Assembly (NCBI GenBank): GCA_963737635.1
Contig: CAVTTL010000001.1
Coordinates: 1,472,001-1,536,000, forward strand
Length of the DNA stretch: 64,000 nucleotides
Reading direction: 5' to 3'
Source of the DNA: an uncultured Methanoregulaceae archaeon
GTDB taxonomy: Archaea; Halobacteriota; Methanomicrobia; Methanomicrobiales; Methanospirillaceae
Shown: piece by piece, positions 49,891 through 60,994 of the stretch
Numbering within the stretch: the stretch's first letter is position 1
Layout of the letters: each line of letters opens with the position of its first letter
Program-made: the position numbers and the translations under genes
Notes under the pieces: model-generated
What the model was told of the DNA's origin: nothing
What the model saw: only the letters and a program-made list of their open reading frames with translations
Database searches by the model: none

Positions 49891-50493
49891 ATGGCGTTTT
49901 TTATTATCAGCCCTGATCTCTATAACTGGGTCATCCTGCCGACCCTGATCTTCCTTGCGCAGATCGCAAACGTCTGCATGGAGACGCTGCGCATCGTCTT
50001 TCTCTCCAAGGGGATCAAGTACCTTGCCCCGGTCATTGCATTTTTTGAGATCATCATTTGGTTGCTTGCCATAGTCGGCGTGATGAGCAATCTGTCCAAT
50101 GTCGCAAATTTCTTTGCGTATGCCTTTGGGTTTGCGCTGGGGACATACGTTGGCCTTGAAATAGAGGAGAAACTCTCGATTGGCATGGTTATCATGCGCA
50201 TCATCACCACCAATGAGACCCGTGCGGGGATCGCCGGGTTTTTGCAAACCGAACAGTATGGGACCACGGTTCTCGAAGCACAGGGATCACGTGGCGGCGT
50301 GACGATGATCATTTCCCTCGTAAACCGGGACGACGTACCCCGGATCACCCGGTATATCGAAGAGACAAACCCGGATGCATTTTTCTCCATTGAAGACGTG
50401 CGGTATGTCAATCAGGGAGTCTTCCGGCCAAGAAAACGCAACCTCTTTGCCGGCTTTTTACATACCTTGGCAAGGCCGCGGAAGAAGGCTTAA
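49891..50493 (+). CDS. UPF0316/DUF2179 membrane protein
   Basis: TLRIVF..FFEIIIW..YAFGFALGTYVG..AQGSRG..PDAF. Confidence 0.85.
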   Translation: MAFFIISPDLYNWVILPTLIFLAQIANVCMETLRIVFLSKGIKYLAPVIAFFEIIIWLLAIVGVMSNLSNVANFFAYAFGFALGTYVGLEIEEKLSIGMVIMRIITTNETRAGIAGFLQTEQYGTTVLEAQGSRGGVTMIISLVNRDDVPRITRYIEETNPDAFFSIEDVRYVNQGVFRPRKRNLFAGFLHTLARPRKKA

Positions 50494-50634
50494 ACATCCC
50501 GGGATTTCTCAGCCCGGATACAGTATGGGTGTATTATCCGAACGTTTTTCCCTGCTTACACTCTAACTACGCAACAGACGCGAAAGCATATGCGACGTTG
50601 TAGTGGTTTTCCCGGCAGGGACGGTTGAGGGGCC

Positions 50635-51637
50635 ATGAAAACGAATATGCCCCTTGCAAAGCCGATTCGCATGTTCATCAACGAGACTGAGCATATGCTG
50701 GGTACCGAGATTACCCTGCTACGTAAACCGGATACCCCCCCGGGGGGGACGCTCCTCGATGAATATACCTATAACCTCGACAAGAACATCATCATCTTTC
50801 CTGCAAATTATATCGGCTTATTAAAGGATTTTGTCATCGTAAAACAGTGCACGTACCTGCGCATCAAGGGGGCGGCAGCAAAAAAATCCGGGTACCGGAT
50901 CCTCTCGTATACATCCGATTCGGTTTACAGCGGCCTGCGGCAGATCTACCTCGATGCGCTCAAGGATGAGGCAAAGAAGGAAAAAAAGCTCCCGGTCAAC
51001 AAACTCATCGATATGCTGTTTATTCTGTACCGGCAGTTCCTTGAGGATATTAACGAACTTCCCTGGAACCCTATCGTCAATGCCCGGATTTATCACTGCA
51101 TGGAGCAGCTCAGAAAGACCCAGCTTTATATCCTCTTAAAAGACGGCAAGCAGGATATGGACGAAATGACGGATATGATGGATATCATCCCCCGGCGCTA
51201 TTTTGTCCTTGATAAATCCATGTTCTATGCCCGGGACCTCTATCTTGCAAAAATTCTCCCGGCTCGACAAGCTCATGCCGGTGGTTAATATCCCCCAGAT
51301 GAAGAAATTCGACCATCTCGAAGTAAAGGAGATGCTCACGACCCGCTGGACGCATACAGCCTGGTACCAGTCCAAAGTTTTTGGTGATGCGATGCTCACG
51401 ATCATGGAAAAGCATCTGACCGTGGACTGGGGCGCTGCCCCCTCCCTCGATTATTATGCAGACCTCTACCGGGTCGGAGTCGACCTGACAAACACCCTGC
51501 TCACCTTTATGACGATGAAGGACTGGTTTATCTGGGAGAAACCCCAACACCTGATTGATGCAGAAAAGTATGCAGCCACGTATGAGAAAGCGGCCTTGAA
51601 AAAGATCTTTGGAGATCTGATTGAAGACTCGTTATGA
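50635..51637 (+). CDS. Hypothetical protein (~333 aa), one frameshift near 51262
   Basis: Two overlapping protein-like ORFs join at LAKILP/DKLMPVVN. Confidence 0.7.
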
Positions 51638-51683
51638 TGAATATTCGTAAAAAAACACGGGTACTAATCCCGGGAGATGCGGG

Positions 51684-52145
51684 ATGGCTTCGGTGAGTGA
51701 AGCAGGTCGTCTCCTGAAACGGGCAGAACAGTATGTCCGGCATACTAGGTACAAGGATGCTATTGCCGTGTACGACGAGGCAATCCGGCTTGAACCGAAA
51801 AACGCCGAGGGTTGGTGTGGGCGGGCATCGGCAAAGATAGAGATGGAACTGTTTGCAGAAGCGATCGCGGACTGCGATCAGGCGCTTGCCATCAACCCAA
51901 ATTACGCTGATGCCTGGTCGAAAAAAGGGCTTGCGCTGTTCCAGCTTGAACAATATGTACCGGCGCTCACAGCAGCGACCCGGGCAGTTGCCCTCAACGC
52001 TAACGATGCGACTGCATGGTACGTTAAGGGGATCTGTCTTGAAGAGACCGGGAAGAGCGAAGAAGCAGAGATGGCCTATGCGAAGTCGCTCGAATTGGAG
52101 ATCCTCCTGGATATAAAGGAAGAGAAAAATCGCGTCCGAAAATAA
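51684..52145 (+). CDS. TPR protein
   Basis: Repeated A..Y..AI...P.NA.AW..KG pattern. Confidence 0.9.
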   Translation: MASVSEAGRLLKRAEQYVRHTRYKDAIAVYDEAIRLEPKNAEGWCGRASAKIEMELFAEAIADCDQALAINPNYADAWSKKGLALFQLEQYVPALTAATRAVALNANDATAWYVKGICLEETGKSEEAEMAYAKSLELEILLDIKEEKNRVRK

Positions 52146-52378
52146 AGGCAGGACTGCAACCGGTGCGGCAGGAAGTCCAGCTCCCGCCTCTTCACCAGGA
52201 GGTTTTTTCCGCTAAACAAATCGCCACCGAACTCTTCCGTAAAACAGGGATATACCTTTTTCAAAACCATTTGGCAGATAGAAGGATCGGAATCCTGCCT
52301 TTTTGCTGCTAGTTTATGTCATCTTCGATATCCTTATAAAAAGAGAAACTAATCACATCGCATTACGGAAGGTTTTGT

Positions 52379-52867
52379 ATGTTATCCAAAACGATGGAAG
52401 AATCCCTGAACCGCCAAATCAACCGCGAACTGTATTCTTCGTATCTCTATCTCGCGATGTCTGCATGGTTCGAGTCTATAAACTTCAAGGGATTTGCCGG
52501 GTGGATGATGGTCCAGGCAAACGAAGAGCGGGCCCATGGCATGAAACTTTATGATTATATCATTGCACGGCAGGGAAAGGTCGTTCTTGACACCATCGAA
52601 GCCCCAAAGGCAAAATGGTCGTCCACCGGTAAGGTTTTCGAAGAGGTGTATGCGCACGAGCAGAAGGTGACCGGCATGATACATGGACTTGTAGATCTTG
52701 CCATAAAGGAAAAAGACCACGCGACCTTCGAGATGCTCCAGTGGTTCGTAAAAGAACAGGTCGAAGAAGAGGCAAACGCTGCCTTGATTGTCGAAAAGAT
52801 CAAAGTTGTCGGGGATGTCCCGGGCCACCTTTTCTGTCTCGATCACGAGCTTTCAAAACGGAAATAA
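52379..52867 (+). CDS. ftn: Non-heme ferritin
   Basis: QINRELYSSYLY, EERAHG, HEQKVT, WFVKEQVEEE. Confidence 0.95.
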   Translation: MLSKTMEESLNRQINRELYSSYLYLAMSAWFESINFKGFAGWMMVQANEERAHGMKLYDYIIARQGKVVLDTIEAPKAKWSSTGKVFEEVYAHEQKVTGMIHGLVDLAIKEKDHATFEMLQWFVKEQVEEEANAALIVEKIKVVGDVPGHLFCLDHELSKRK

Positions 52868-52922
52868 CTATACCTCCTTTTTTTATCTTTTGCAGTCGTA
52901 TAAAACAAGACAACGGTCTGAT

Positions 52923-54302
52923 ATGCTTTCTGTGCTCATCATAGACGATGAGGAAGAAGTCCTCAATGTTACGCGGTTGTTCCTCGAGCGGTTCGGCGAT
53001 ATGGAGGTCCAGACCTCCCGCTCGGCCAAAGAGTCTCTCGCCCTTTTAAATAACCAGACCTTCGATGCCCTCATTGTCGATTACGATATGCCGGAAATAA
53101 ACGGGATCGAGTTTTTGAAGATCCTCAGGTCCAAAGGCGATGCGACCCCGGTGATTATCTTTACCGGTGTTGGAAGGGAGTACGCTGCCATCGAAGCGCT
53201 CAACAACGGTGCGAACTTTTACTTAAAAAAAAGCGAGGAGATCCGGCCGCAGTTCCGGGAGATGGTGCATATGATCCGGCGGGCTGTCGAAGGAAAAATG
53301 GTCGGCAGGGGCATCGGAACCGCCCAGAAGATCCTCAACGATGTGGTGCACTTTTTCTCCGACCCGGCTTTTGCGATAGACCGTGACGGAAAAGTGATCG
53401 CCTGGAACAAGGGTATGGCAAACCTTTCCGGGGTCGGGGCAGCGGATATGATGGGAAAAAAAGACCATGAGTATGCAGTGCCTTTTTTTGGGCGGAAGGT
53501 GCCGTTGCTCGTGGATATGGTCTTTGAAGATTCTACCGTCATCGAGAGGAACAATTATTCGGTCATTGCAAAGGAGGACAGAGAGATTACTGCATGGACA
53601 AAAGCGCCCGGTACCGATGGCGATGAGCGTATCCTGTGGATGAAAGCGACTCCCCTGTATGACGGGCGCGGGATCTTTATCGGTATTATCGGGGCCATGC
53701 GAGATATCACCCATACGGTAGGAACCGATCTTCTGCTCCAGCAGGCATCGGATGCGTCCGGAAAGATGGAAAAGCCCGGGGCTCCTCCAAGTGGCCGGGG
53801 AAAGATGTTTGACCGGCTGCTTGGCAAGTCAAAGTCGCATTATCAGGATGGTCTCCGGCTCTACTACCGGGAAGGGAAGTACGAAGATGCGATTGCCGCC
53901 TTTGACCGGACGCTTGAGATCGATCCCTCGCATGCCTTTGCGTGGCACGACCGCGGCGTATGCCTTCAGGCCCTTGAGAAAAACGAAGAGGCACTCGAAT
54001 CTATAACAAAAGCGCTTGAACTTGCGCCTGCCGATGAGGAAATCCTCTATACCTGTGGTACGACGCTCCAGAAACTGGGGATTCTCAGGGACGATCGCAG
54101 GATCCTCTCGGCCGCAGTGGATACCTACAACCGACTGGTGGAAAAGAACCCTTCGCATGCCGATGTCTGGAATAACATGGGTATCTGCGTCCAGGTGATG
54201 GGACGTGACGACCTGTCACGCCAGTACTTCGAGCGGGCACGGGATCTCAAGCGGTACAACAAGGACAGGAGCCGGAAGCGTAATCTCGATACTATTGTCT
54301 GA
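52923..54302 (+). CDS. Response regulator REC-PAS-TPR
   Basis: LIIDDE, VDYDMP, FTGVGRE; AFAIDRDGKVIAWN PAS; C-terminal TPRs. Confidence 0.88.
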   Translation: MLSVLIIDDEEEVLNVTRLFLERFGDMEVQTSRSAKESLALLNNQTFDALIVDYDMPEINGIEFLKILRSKGDATPVIIFTGVGREYAAIEALNNGANFYLKKSEEIRPQFREMVHMIRRAVEGKMVGRGIGTAQKILNDVVHFFSDPAFAIDRDGKVIAWNKGMANLSGVGAADMMGKKDHEYAVPFFGRKVPLLVDMVFEDSTVIERNNYSVIAKEDREITAWTKAPGTDGDERILWMKATPLYDGRGIFIGIIGAMRDITHTVGTDLLLQQASDASGKMEKPGAPPSGRGKMFDRLLGKSKSHYQDGLRLYYREGKYEDAIAAFDRTLEIDPSHAFAWHDRGVCLQALEKNEEALESITKALELAPADEEILYTCGTTLQKLGILRDDRRILSAAVDTYNRLVEKNPSHADVWNNMGICVQVMGRDDLSRQYFERARDLKRYNKDRSRKRNLDTIV

Positions 54303-54358
54303 CCGCAAAGAACTTTAGATAGGTGACGCGACAATGATCCTCCGGGGATGATCCGGAA

Positions 54359-55465
54359 ATGAAAAGTACGGTATGGCTCGCCAGTCTCCGGGCACGTTCG
54401 GGAGATGAAAGTACCGAAGCAAAGGTACGAAAACTCTTCGAAGTAGCTGGTTTTTCATCCTGTGTCCATGCACGGGATCGTACAGCAATCAAGCTGCATT
54501 TCGGGGAGAAAGGCAACGATTCATTCATCAGCCCGGTCTATGTCCGGCAGGTGGTGGAAAAAGTAAAAGAGGCGAGCGCCCTGCCCTTTGTTACGGATAC
54601 GAATACGCTGTACCTCGGAAGCCGTTCGAATGCAGTCGACCATATCACGACCGCGGTACACCACGGGTTTGACTACGCGGTAATCGGGGCGCCGGTTATC
54701 ATTGCCGACGGTCTTAGCGGGAAGAATGTCGCCCATGTTGCGATCAATAAAAAACATTTCAAAACGGTCACGATCGCCGGTGATATCGTAGCTGCGGAGA
54801 GCATGATCGTGATGACCCATTTCAAGGGGCACGAGGTAGCCGGTTTTGGCGGAGCGCTCAAGAACCTCGCGATGGGTTGTGCACCCCCGCAAGGGAAACG
54901 GGCGCAGCACCAGGCAAAGCCTTTTTCAATCCGCGACAATTGCACTGGGTGCGGGCGGTGCGTTGAGGCCTGCCCGAAATCGGCAATCACGCTGGTGAGT
55001 GAGAAATCCTGTATCGACAAAAACCTCTGTATCGGCTGCTTTGAATGCATGACGGTCTGCCCGTCCCATGCGATCGATATCGATTGGGCGACCGAGATCC
55101 CTCTCTTCACCGAACGCATGATCGAGTACGCGTACGGGGCAGTGCGAGGCAAGACCGGCAGGGTTGGCTATATCAGTTTTCTCACCCGGATAACCCCGGA
55201 CTGCGACTGCGTGCCGTGGAGCGATGCGTCGATAGTCCCGGATATCGGTATCCTTGCTTCAAAGGACCCGGTAGCGATCGATGCGGCGGCCTGCGATCTC
55301 GTCAACCAACAGCCGGGATTCGCGGAATCGTTCCTTTCCCGTCATCGCAGCCCGGGCGAAGACAAGTTTACCGGGATGCGGCCGAATACGGACGGCCCGC
55401 GGCAGCTGCAATATGCCGAAGAACTCGGCATGGGTACCCGTGATTATGAGCTAATCAGGTTTTGA
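54359..55465 (+). CDS. DUF362 Fe-S protein with 2x[4Fe-4S] insert
   Basis: IKLHFGEKGN, THFKGH..GGALKNLAMGC, CTGCGRC/CIGCFEC, PDCDC, DPVAID. Confidence 0.88.
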   Translation: MKSTVWLASLRARSGDESTEAKVRKLFEVAGFSSCVHARDRTAIKLHFGEKGNDSFISPVYVRQVVEKVKEASALPFVTDTNTLYLGSRSNAVDHITTAVHHGFDYAVIGAPVIIADGLSGKNVAHVAINKKHFKTVTIAGDIVAAESMIVMTHFKGHEVAGFGGALKNLAMGCAPPQGKRAQHQAKPFSIRDNCTGCGRCVEACPKSAITLVSEKSCIDKNLCIGCFECMTVCPSHAIDIDWATEIPLFTERMIEYAYGAVRGKTGRVGYISFLTRITPDCDCVPWSDASIVPDIGILASKDPVAIDAAACDLVNQQPGFAESFLSRHRSPGEDKFTGMRPNTDGPRQLQYAEELGMGTRDYELIRF

Positions 55466-55540
55466 TCTGCTATCCGGGTGCAGGAATGGTAAGACTCTGG
55501 GCGGTCAGAAAGGGCCGATCAGGTCACCACTTCCCAAATA

Positions 55541-56786
55541 CTATAAAATACTCAGAAACACTGCGTAGATCCCAATCTGGATAAGCGTCAGCGGTACCCC
55601 AACCTTGGCAAAATCCACAAAGGTGAGGATCTCTCCGCGTGCTTCGGCCTGCTGGATGATAATCACGTTGCTCGCTGCACCAAGAATTGTGAAGTTGCCG
55701 GAGATCGTGCTCCCGGCAGCAAGCGCCATGAGCCGGGCGGTCCCGCCCCCGGCCTGCAGGATGAGCGGCTGGAACAGCGCGACAAAGGGAACGTTCGAGA
55801 TGAACTGGCTGATGATAACGCTGGTTCCGAGGATCGCCGGGACTGAGGTTACTCCTGCGACGCCGGCAAGTGCCTGGAAAAAACCGGTCTGCCAGACGGC
55901 GGCCATCAACACAAACATCGCAGCAAAAAAGATGAGCGTTCTCCAGTCGATGGACCTGAGCACCGCGAACCTCTGCGTTGAGAAGAGGAGGACAGGGAGA
56001 GCGGCGGCAAGCCCGATCAGAGGCAGAGGAACGGCAAACACGCCGGTGATAAGTGACGAGATAATATTGGCAAGAGAAAGACCGATGAGGATTGCAAGAG
56101 AGCACTGGACGATCCGGGTGAGGGCAGGATCGGGCAGGTTTTCCGGAGCCGGCTTGCAGATAAACGCCGGTGTCCACTCTTTCCGGTAGTACAGGAAAAG
56201 CACGAGCCACGCTGCACCAAGGCTTGCGAGCGTCGGAAGAAGGAGCGATGTGGCAAACGTGACAAAAGGTGTATTCATCCCGCTGTTAACGGCAATAAGC
56301 AGGTTCTGTGGATTCCCGATCGGGCTTGCCACGCTGCCGGTCGTGATTGCAAATGCAAGGGTAAGAAGCATCAGTTTTACCGGGATGCGGCACCGGATCG
56401 CAAGCCCCAGTACAAGAGGGGTGCCGATGATCGCAAGCGTATCGTTCATGAGCAGTGCAGAAAGTACGCCGAACCCGAAAAGTACCAAAAAGACAATCTC
56501 TCCGGGGGTATGTGCATGGCGGAAGAGGCGGTGGGCGAACGTATCGAGATAGCCGCTCCGGTAGAGCGTTTCCCCTACAACAAACATGCAGAACAGAAAG
56601 ACCATCACATCGGGATTGATTGCAGCGAGGGCATCGGATAGTGCGATCTGGTCCAGGAGAAGGACTGCGATCGCTCCACCGAGCATGATCTGCCAGATCC
56701 GAAGCGGGAACCGAACCGTCTGCCTTACAGCGATGAGGAGAAAAACCGCTGCAAGGACAATGATTGCGATATACGTAGGAGATCAT
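55541..56786 (-). CDS. ArsB/NhaD/SLC13-type anion permease, probable frameshift near 56772
   Basis: SALLMNDT, GSVASPIGNPQN, SQFISNVP, STISGNFTILGAASN; first TM in frame upstream of 56686 but ATG 56786 is out of frame. Confidence 0.85.
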
Positions 56787-56871
56787 TTCCAGATACCGCT
56801 TGATGAGTCTTAGCATCCGGATGAACCGCTGCTGGTAAACAGAAGAAAGGAGAACGAATCAAAATACCTTG

Positions 56872-57552
56872 TTAATGCCGTTTAACCGTCCAGTGCACGA
56901 TGATCCCATCATCCATACGGGTAACATCCGCGAGTTCGAGCCGGGCAAAATCGGCCTCGCGCACCCAGCCCGGGCCATCTGCAAGAGTCGGTGCATCCTC
57001 CCCACCGATGATCATGCTCCCGATATACGTGTAGATCTCGTCTACGAGGCCGGTTTGGAGCAGCCCGGCGATCAGCGTTCCTCCGCCTTCAACCATCAGG
57101 TGCCGGATACCCATCGTGCCGAGTTTGTCAAGTACCCGATGGAGATCCACCGAGGTTTCCCCGGCGACAATGACGGTTGCCTTTGTCCGGAGCGCGCTGA
57201 CCCGATCCGGATCCGCCCGCTCTGCCACAGCGATCACGCGCGTGCCCTCTCCTTTGGTGAGAACTGCAGCATCCGGGGGCGTCCGCGCATCACTGTCAAT
57301 AACAATCCGGACCGGGTGCTCCGGTCTTCCACTGCGCTGCCGTTCGCGTTTGTAGTCCGGGTTCTTTATCGTAAGCGAAGGATCGTCGGCAATGATGGTG
57401 CCTATGCCAACCATAACCGCATCGCAACCAGCCTTGAGCCGGTCAACACGGGCAAAATCCTCCGTGCCTGAGATCTTCACTTGCCGGCGTTCATGGGTCG
57501 ACAGTTTTCCGTCCGCACTCATCGCCACGTTGACTACTACAGAGGGGCGCAT
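56872..57552 (-). CDS. arfC: 2,5-diamino-6-(ribosylamino)-4(3H)-pyrimidinone 5'-phosphate reductase (archaeal riboflavin pathway)
   Basis: AMSADGKL, VMVGIGTIIADDPSLT, RIVIDS, MVEGGGTL. Confidence 0.9.
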   Translation of the reverse strand: MRPSVVVNVAMSADGKLSTHERRQVKISGTEDFARVDRLKAGCDAVMVGIGTIIADDPSLTIKNPDYKRERQRSGRPEHPVRIVIDSDARTPPDAAVLTKGEGTRVIAVAERADPDRVSALRTKATVIVAGETSVDLHRVLDKLGTMGIRHLMVEGGGTLIAGLLQTGLVDEIYTYIGSMIIGGEDAPTLADGPGWVREADFARLELADVTRMDDGIIVHWTVKRH

Positions 57553-57705
57553 ATCAATACTATTCTTGCTGTGGTAATTTTATATCCTTTAGCACACCCG
57601 GAGGCGCCGGAATATACACTCCGTTCCTGTATCATCGAAAATGGGTGCGATCCGTGAATATTTACGCAAAGAATGTCCAAACTGGCCGTACCAAAGGGCT
57701 GCCGT

Positions 57706-58674
57706 ATGTTTCTTATCGAGATAAAAAACTTAAGTAAACGATTCGGGAATCTCGCTGCAGTGGACAACCTCAGCCTTGATATCGGAGAAGGAGAGGTCTT
57801 TGGCCTACTTGGCCCTAACGGGGCGGGAAAAACAACGACTCTCCTTATGCTGACCACCCTCGTCCGGCCAACTTCGGGTACAGCGATCGTGAATGGTTTT
57901 GATATCGTTACGCAGCCTGACTTGGTGAGAAAGTCGATAGGTATTGTCTTCCAGGATCCAAGCTCAGACGAGACTCTTACCGGATACGAAAACCTGGAAC
58001 TGCACGGCTTGCTCTACGATATGCCCTTCGATCTCCGTAAAAAGCGTATATCTGAAGTCCTTGACCTTGTCGATCTTACGGGCAGAAAGGATGACGTAGT
58101 AAAGAAGTACTCCGGGGGGATGAGGCGGAGGCTCGAGCTGGCACGTGGCCTGATGCACCATCCGAAGATCCTTTTTCTCGATGAGCCGACGCTTGGGCTC
58201 GATCCCCAGACCCGTGAGCATATCTGGGAATACGTGAAGAAACTGGCAAAAGAGAAGAATATCACGATCATTATCACCACCCACTACATGGACGAAGCAG
58301 ACCGTCTCTGCAACCGGATTGCAATTGTGGACACCGGAAAAATTGCGGTTCTTGGTCCACCGGCACAGCTTAAACAAGAGCTGGGTGGGGATATCATCCT
58401 CCTGAAAGCAAAGAGCTGCGACGTGGAAGCCCTTAAAAAACTAACATTTGTAAAAAGTGTCCTGTCTCATGCGGACGGGATTAGCATCACGGTGCAGGAT
58501 GCAGGCAGGCACCTACAGGAGATCCTCATCAGGGCTGGTCCTGTGGATTTTGTCGAAGTGAGACCGATAACCTTGGAAGATGTGTTCCTGCACCATACGG
58601 GAAGAGCGATCCGGGAAGGAACACCGGAAGGCAGCTGGGCAGAAAAAGCGATGCAGGCAGGATCGAGACGATGA
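57706..58674 (+). CDS. DrrA-type ABC exporter ATPase
   Basis: GPNGAGKT, YSGGMRRR, LDEPTLGLD, TTHYMDEA. Confidence 0.93.
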   Translation: MFLIEIKNLSKRFGNLAAVDNLSLDIGEGEVFGLLGPNGAGKTTTLLMLTTLVRPTSGTAIVNGFDIVTQPDLVRKSIGIVFQDPSSDETLTGYENLELHGLLYDMPFDLRKKRISEVLDLVDLTGRKDDVVKKYSGGMRRRLELARGLMHHPKILFLDEPTLGLDPQTREHIWEYVKKLAKEKNITIIITTHYMDEADRLCNRIAIVDTGKIAVLGPPAQLKQELGGDIILLKAKSCDVEALKKLTFVKSVLSHADGISITVQDAGRHLQEILIRAGPVDFVEVRPITLEDVFLHHTGRAIREGTPEGSWAEKAMQAGSRR

Positions 58675-59441
58675 GCGATCTTCGGGGGATATACGCGCTC
58701 TGGTACCGGGAATTCAAGGTCTTTTCGCGTGAGCGGTCCCGGCTTGTGGCATCCATAGCAAGTCCTGTCCTGTGGCTCCTGATAATCGGTGGCGGCCTCG
58801 GGTCGGTACTCTCGTTTGGCGGAATCAATTTCCTCAGTTTCCTCTTTCCCGGGATACTCCTTCAGACAGCGCTCTTCTCTGCAGTCTTTTTTGGCGTGTA
58901 TATCGTGTGGGATAAGAGGATCGATTTTCTTAAGGAGGTGCTGGTCTCCCCCTTGTCGCGGACCTCCATTTTCGTGGGGAAAATCCTTGGTGGATCCACT
59001 GATACCATCATCCAGATTGCAATCTTGTTCGTGTTCGGGTACCTGTTTTCCACTCTGGGTATTATCGTGGACATCACGTTTTCATTGGTAACGGTGACCA
59101 TTTCACTCGTCTTCCTTCTCGTTACAACGGTCGGGCTTGTCAGTATTGGCCTTATCCTCGGCTCCCAGATGGAGAGCCCGGAAGGGTTCCAGCTGGTCAG
59201 CAGTTTTCTTGTGACCCCCATGTTCTTCCTCTCGGGCGCCCTTTTTCCTATCAATAACCTCCCCGGGTGGCTCACACCGTTTGTATTGGCTAACCCGGCC
59301 ACCTATGCGGTCGACGGCCTCCGCGGGACCTTGTTCGGATTGCACCAGTTCGCCATTGGTCTTGATTTCCTCATTGTCTGTATTTTTTCCGGGGTCATGA
59401 TTCTGATCGGGACGTACTCTTTCAAATATATGCGGCTTTGA
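58671..59441 (+). CDS. DrrB/ABC-2 permease
   Basis: FLFPG, FLKEVLVSP, FLSGALFP..LPGW..NPATYAVDGLR; ATGA overlap. Confidence 0.92.
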   Translation: MSDLRGIYALWYREFKVFSRERSRLVASIASPVLWLLIIGGGLGSVLSFGGINFLSFLFPGILLQTALFSAVFFGVYIVWDKRIDFLKEVLVSPLSRTSIFVGKILGGSTDTIIQIAILFVFGYLFSTLGIIVDITFSLVTVTISLVFLLVTTVGLVSIGLILGSQMESPEGFQLVSSFLVTPMFFLSGALFPINNLPGWLTPFVLANPATYAVDGLRGTLFGLHQFAIGLDFLIVCIFSGVMILIGTYSFKYMRL

Positions 59442-59788
59442 TCCGGAGAACCGGTGAGAAATTATTAAAAGTGCACGACAATCAGGAATTTTCACCAAAA
59501 TAAATTTCCCCGGAGTAATCTACGTATTTCTTGATCGTGCTCTAAATGAGCTATTTTATCAATAGTTTTTTGCTCTCATCAGCTATCTTTGTATTATTAA
59601 ACGATCTCAAATATATTCAAAACCTCTGGAAATTATCTTTTTTTTAAGTGTTGGAGCATTTGTTGAAGCTGATTTTTCAGATACATGAAACGTTATTTTT
59701 TGTAGAGGAGATACTGAAGGAGGTTTACATGAATTTCTCCCAAATGTATTTATGTATTTGACTCATTTTTTTTATTTAAGAGAATAAT

Positions 59789-60853
59789 ATGGCAATCTCC
59801 TCTACAGACAATTTACGAAAATTGCTTGGGAATATTAAATCTCTTGGTTTTCTTGATAGATTATTTGGCTGGAGCCAAATCGAGGAATTAAATTCTGTAG
59901 CCTATACAGAATTTCAGATTATAATCAACGAATTGGAGGCGGTATATGTACAAAATAATCAGGCCCAGATCCAGATTCGTCAGATATATAATGACTTAGA
60001 GAACCAAAAAAACCAGTATTTCCAATTAAAAACAGATAATGACGCACTAAGAAATTCCACAGGAAATATTTATGATGTGTTAATGAACCGGGAAAATGAA
60101 CTTGGTGCACTCAAAGAATCAGAACTGCGAAATGTTAAGCGGCTTATTGAATTAGAAAAAGAATGCGAGCGGCTGAGAGCAATAATAGATCAATATATCC
60201 AATTATTTCAGGAAAAGGAAAATGAATTGAATATATTAAAAGAAGCTGATTCAAAAAATACTCAAAGGATTATAGAACTGAATAGAGAGTCTGATAAGTT
60301 ACAATCTGCAATTGAGCAATTTACCCAAACATTACATTTGAAAAGCTCCGATCTTGACACGTTAAAAGAATCAGATTCTAAAAGCACTAAAAGAATTGTA
60401 CGAAGTCACGTAATGACCAGGAATTCCGAAAATTCCAGCGAAAAACGCATCCTTCTGGTTGAAGACGATTCAAATTTCTCAAAAATGCTTGAGGACTTGC
60501 TGAAGGAAATCGGCTATACGGTGGTCGGGATCGCCGTGAGCGGCGAGGAGGCGATCGCCATGGCCGGTGGGGAGAGTCGGCTGGACGTAATCCTTATTGA
60601 CATCCACATTGAGGGGGAAATGGACGGCATCGAGACAGCGCGAGAGATCAAGGGGCTGTACGGCACTCCTACCATTTTTATGACTGCTCAAGCGGATGAC
60701 GAGACCATCCGGCGGGTTGTGATGATGACAGAGTCCGAGGGTTATCTGGTCAAGCCTATCAACCGACAGGAACTCTTTGCGAATATCGAGATTGCCATCC
60801 AAAAAAAGCGCAAGAATGATGCATTCATAGAGCGGCGGGCTGCAACAAACTAG
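59789..60853 (+). CDS. Coiled-coil repeat protein fused to a C-terminal receiver domain
   Basis: AT-rich heptad region; REC LLVEDD, ILIDIH, FMTA, YLVKP. Confidence 0.75.
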   Translation: MAISSTDNLRKLLGNIKSLGFLDRLFGWSQIEELNSVAYTEFQIIINELEAVYVQNNQAQIQIRQIYNDLENQKNQYFQLKTDNDALRNSTGNIYDVLMNRENELGALKESELRNVKRLIELEKECERLRAIIDQYIQLFQEKENELNILKEADSKNTQRIIELNRESDKLQSAIEQFTQTLHLKSSDLDTLKESDSKSTKRIVRSHVMTRNSENSSEKRILLVEDDSNFSKMLEDLLKEIGYTVVGIAVSGEEAIAMAGGESRLDVILIDIHIEGEMDGIETAREIKGLYGTPTIFMTAQADDETIRRVVMMTESEGYLVKPINRQELFANIEIAIQKKRKNDAFIERRAATN

Positions 60854-60994
60854 GATGGCTGTTGCACGTGCCTGCCTATATTACAGGTCTTCTCTTCGAA
60901 GCTTGGCGGCTTGCAAGGCTCCGCCAAGTTATCGGGAGCTGCGGCATTCGCGAGCAACGTGAATAATATCGAACACCTTTTTACAGATCTTCAT

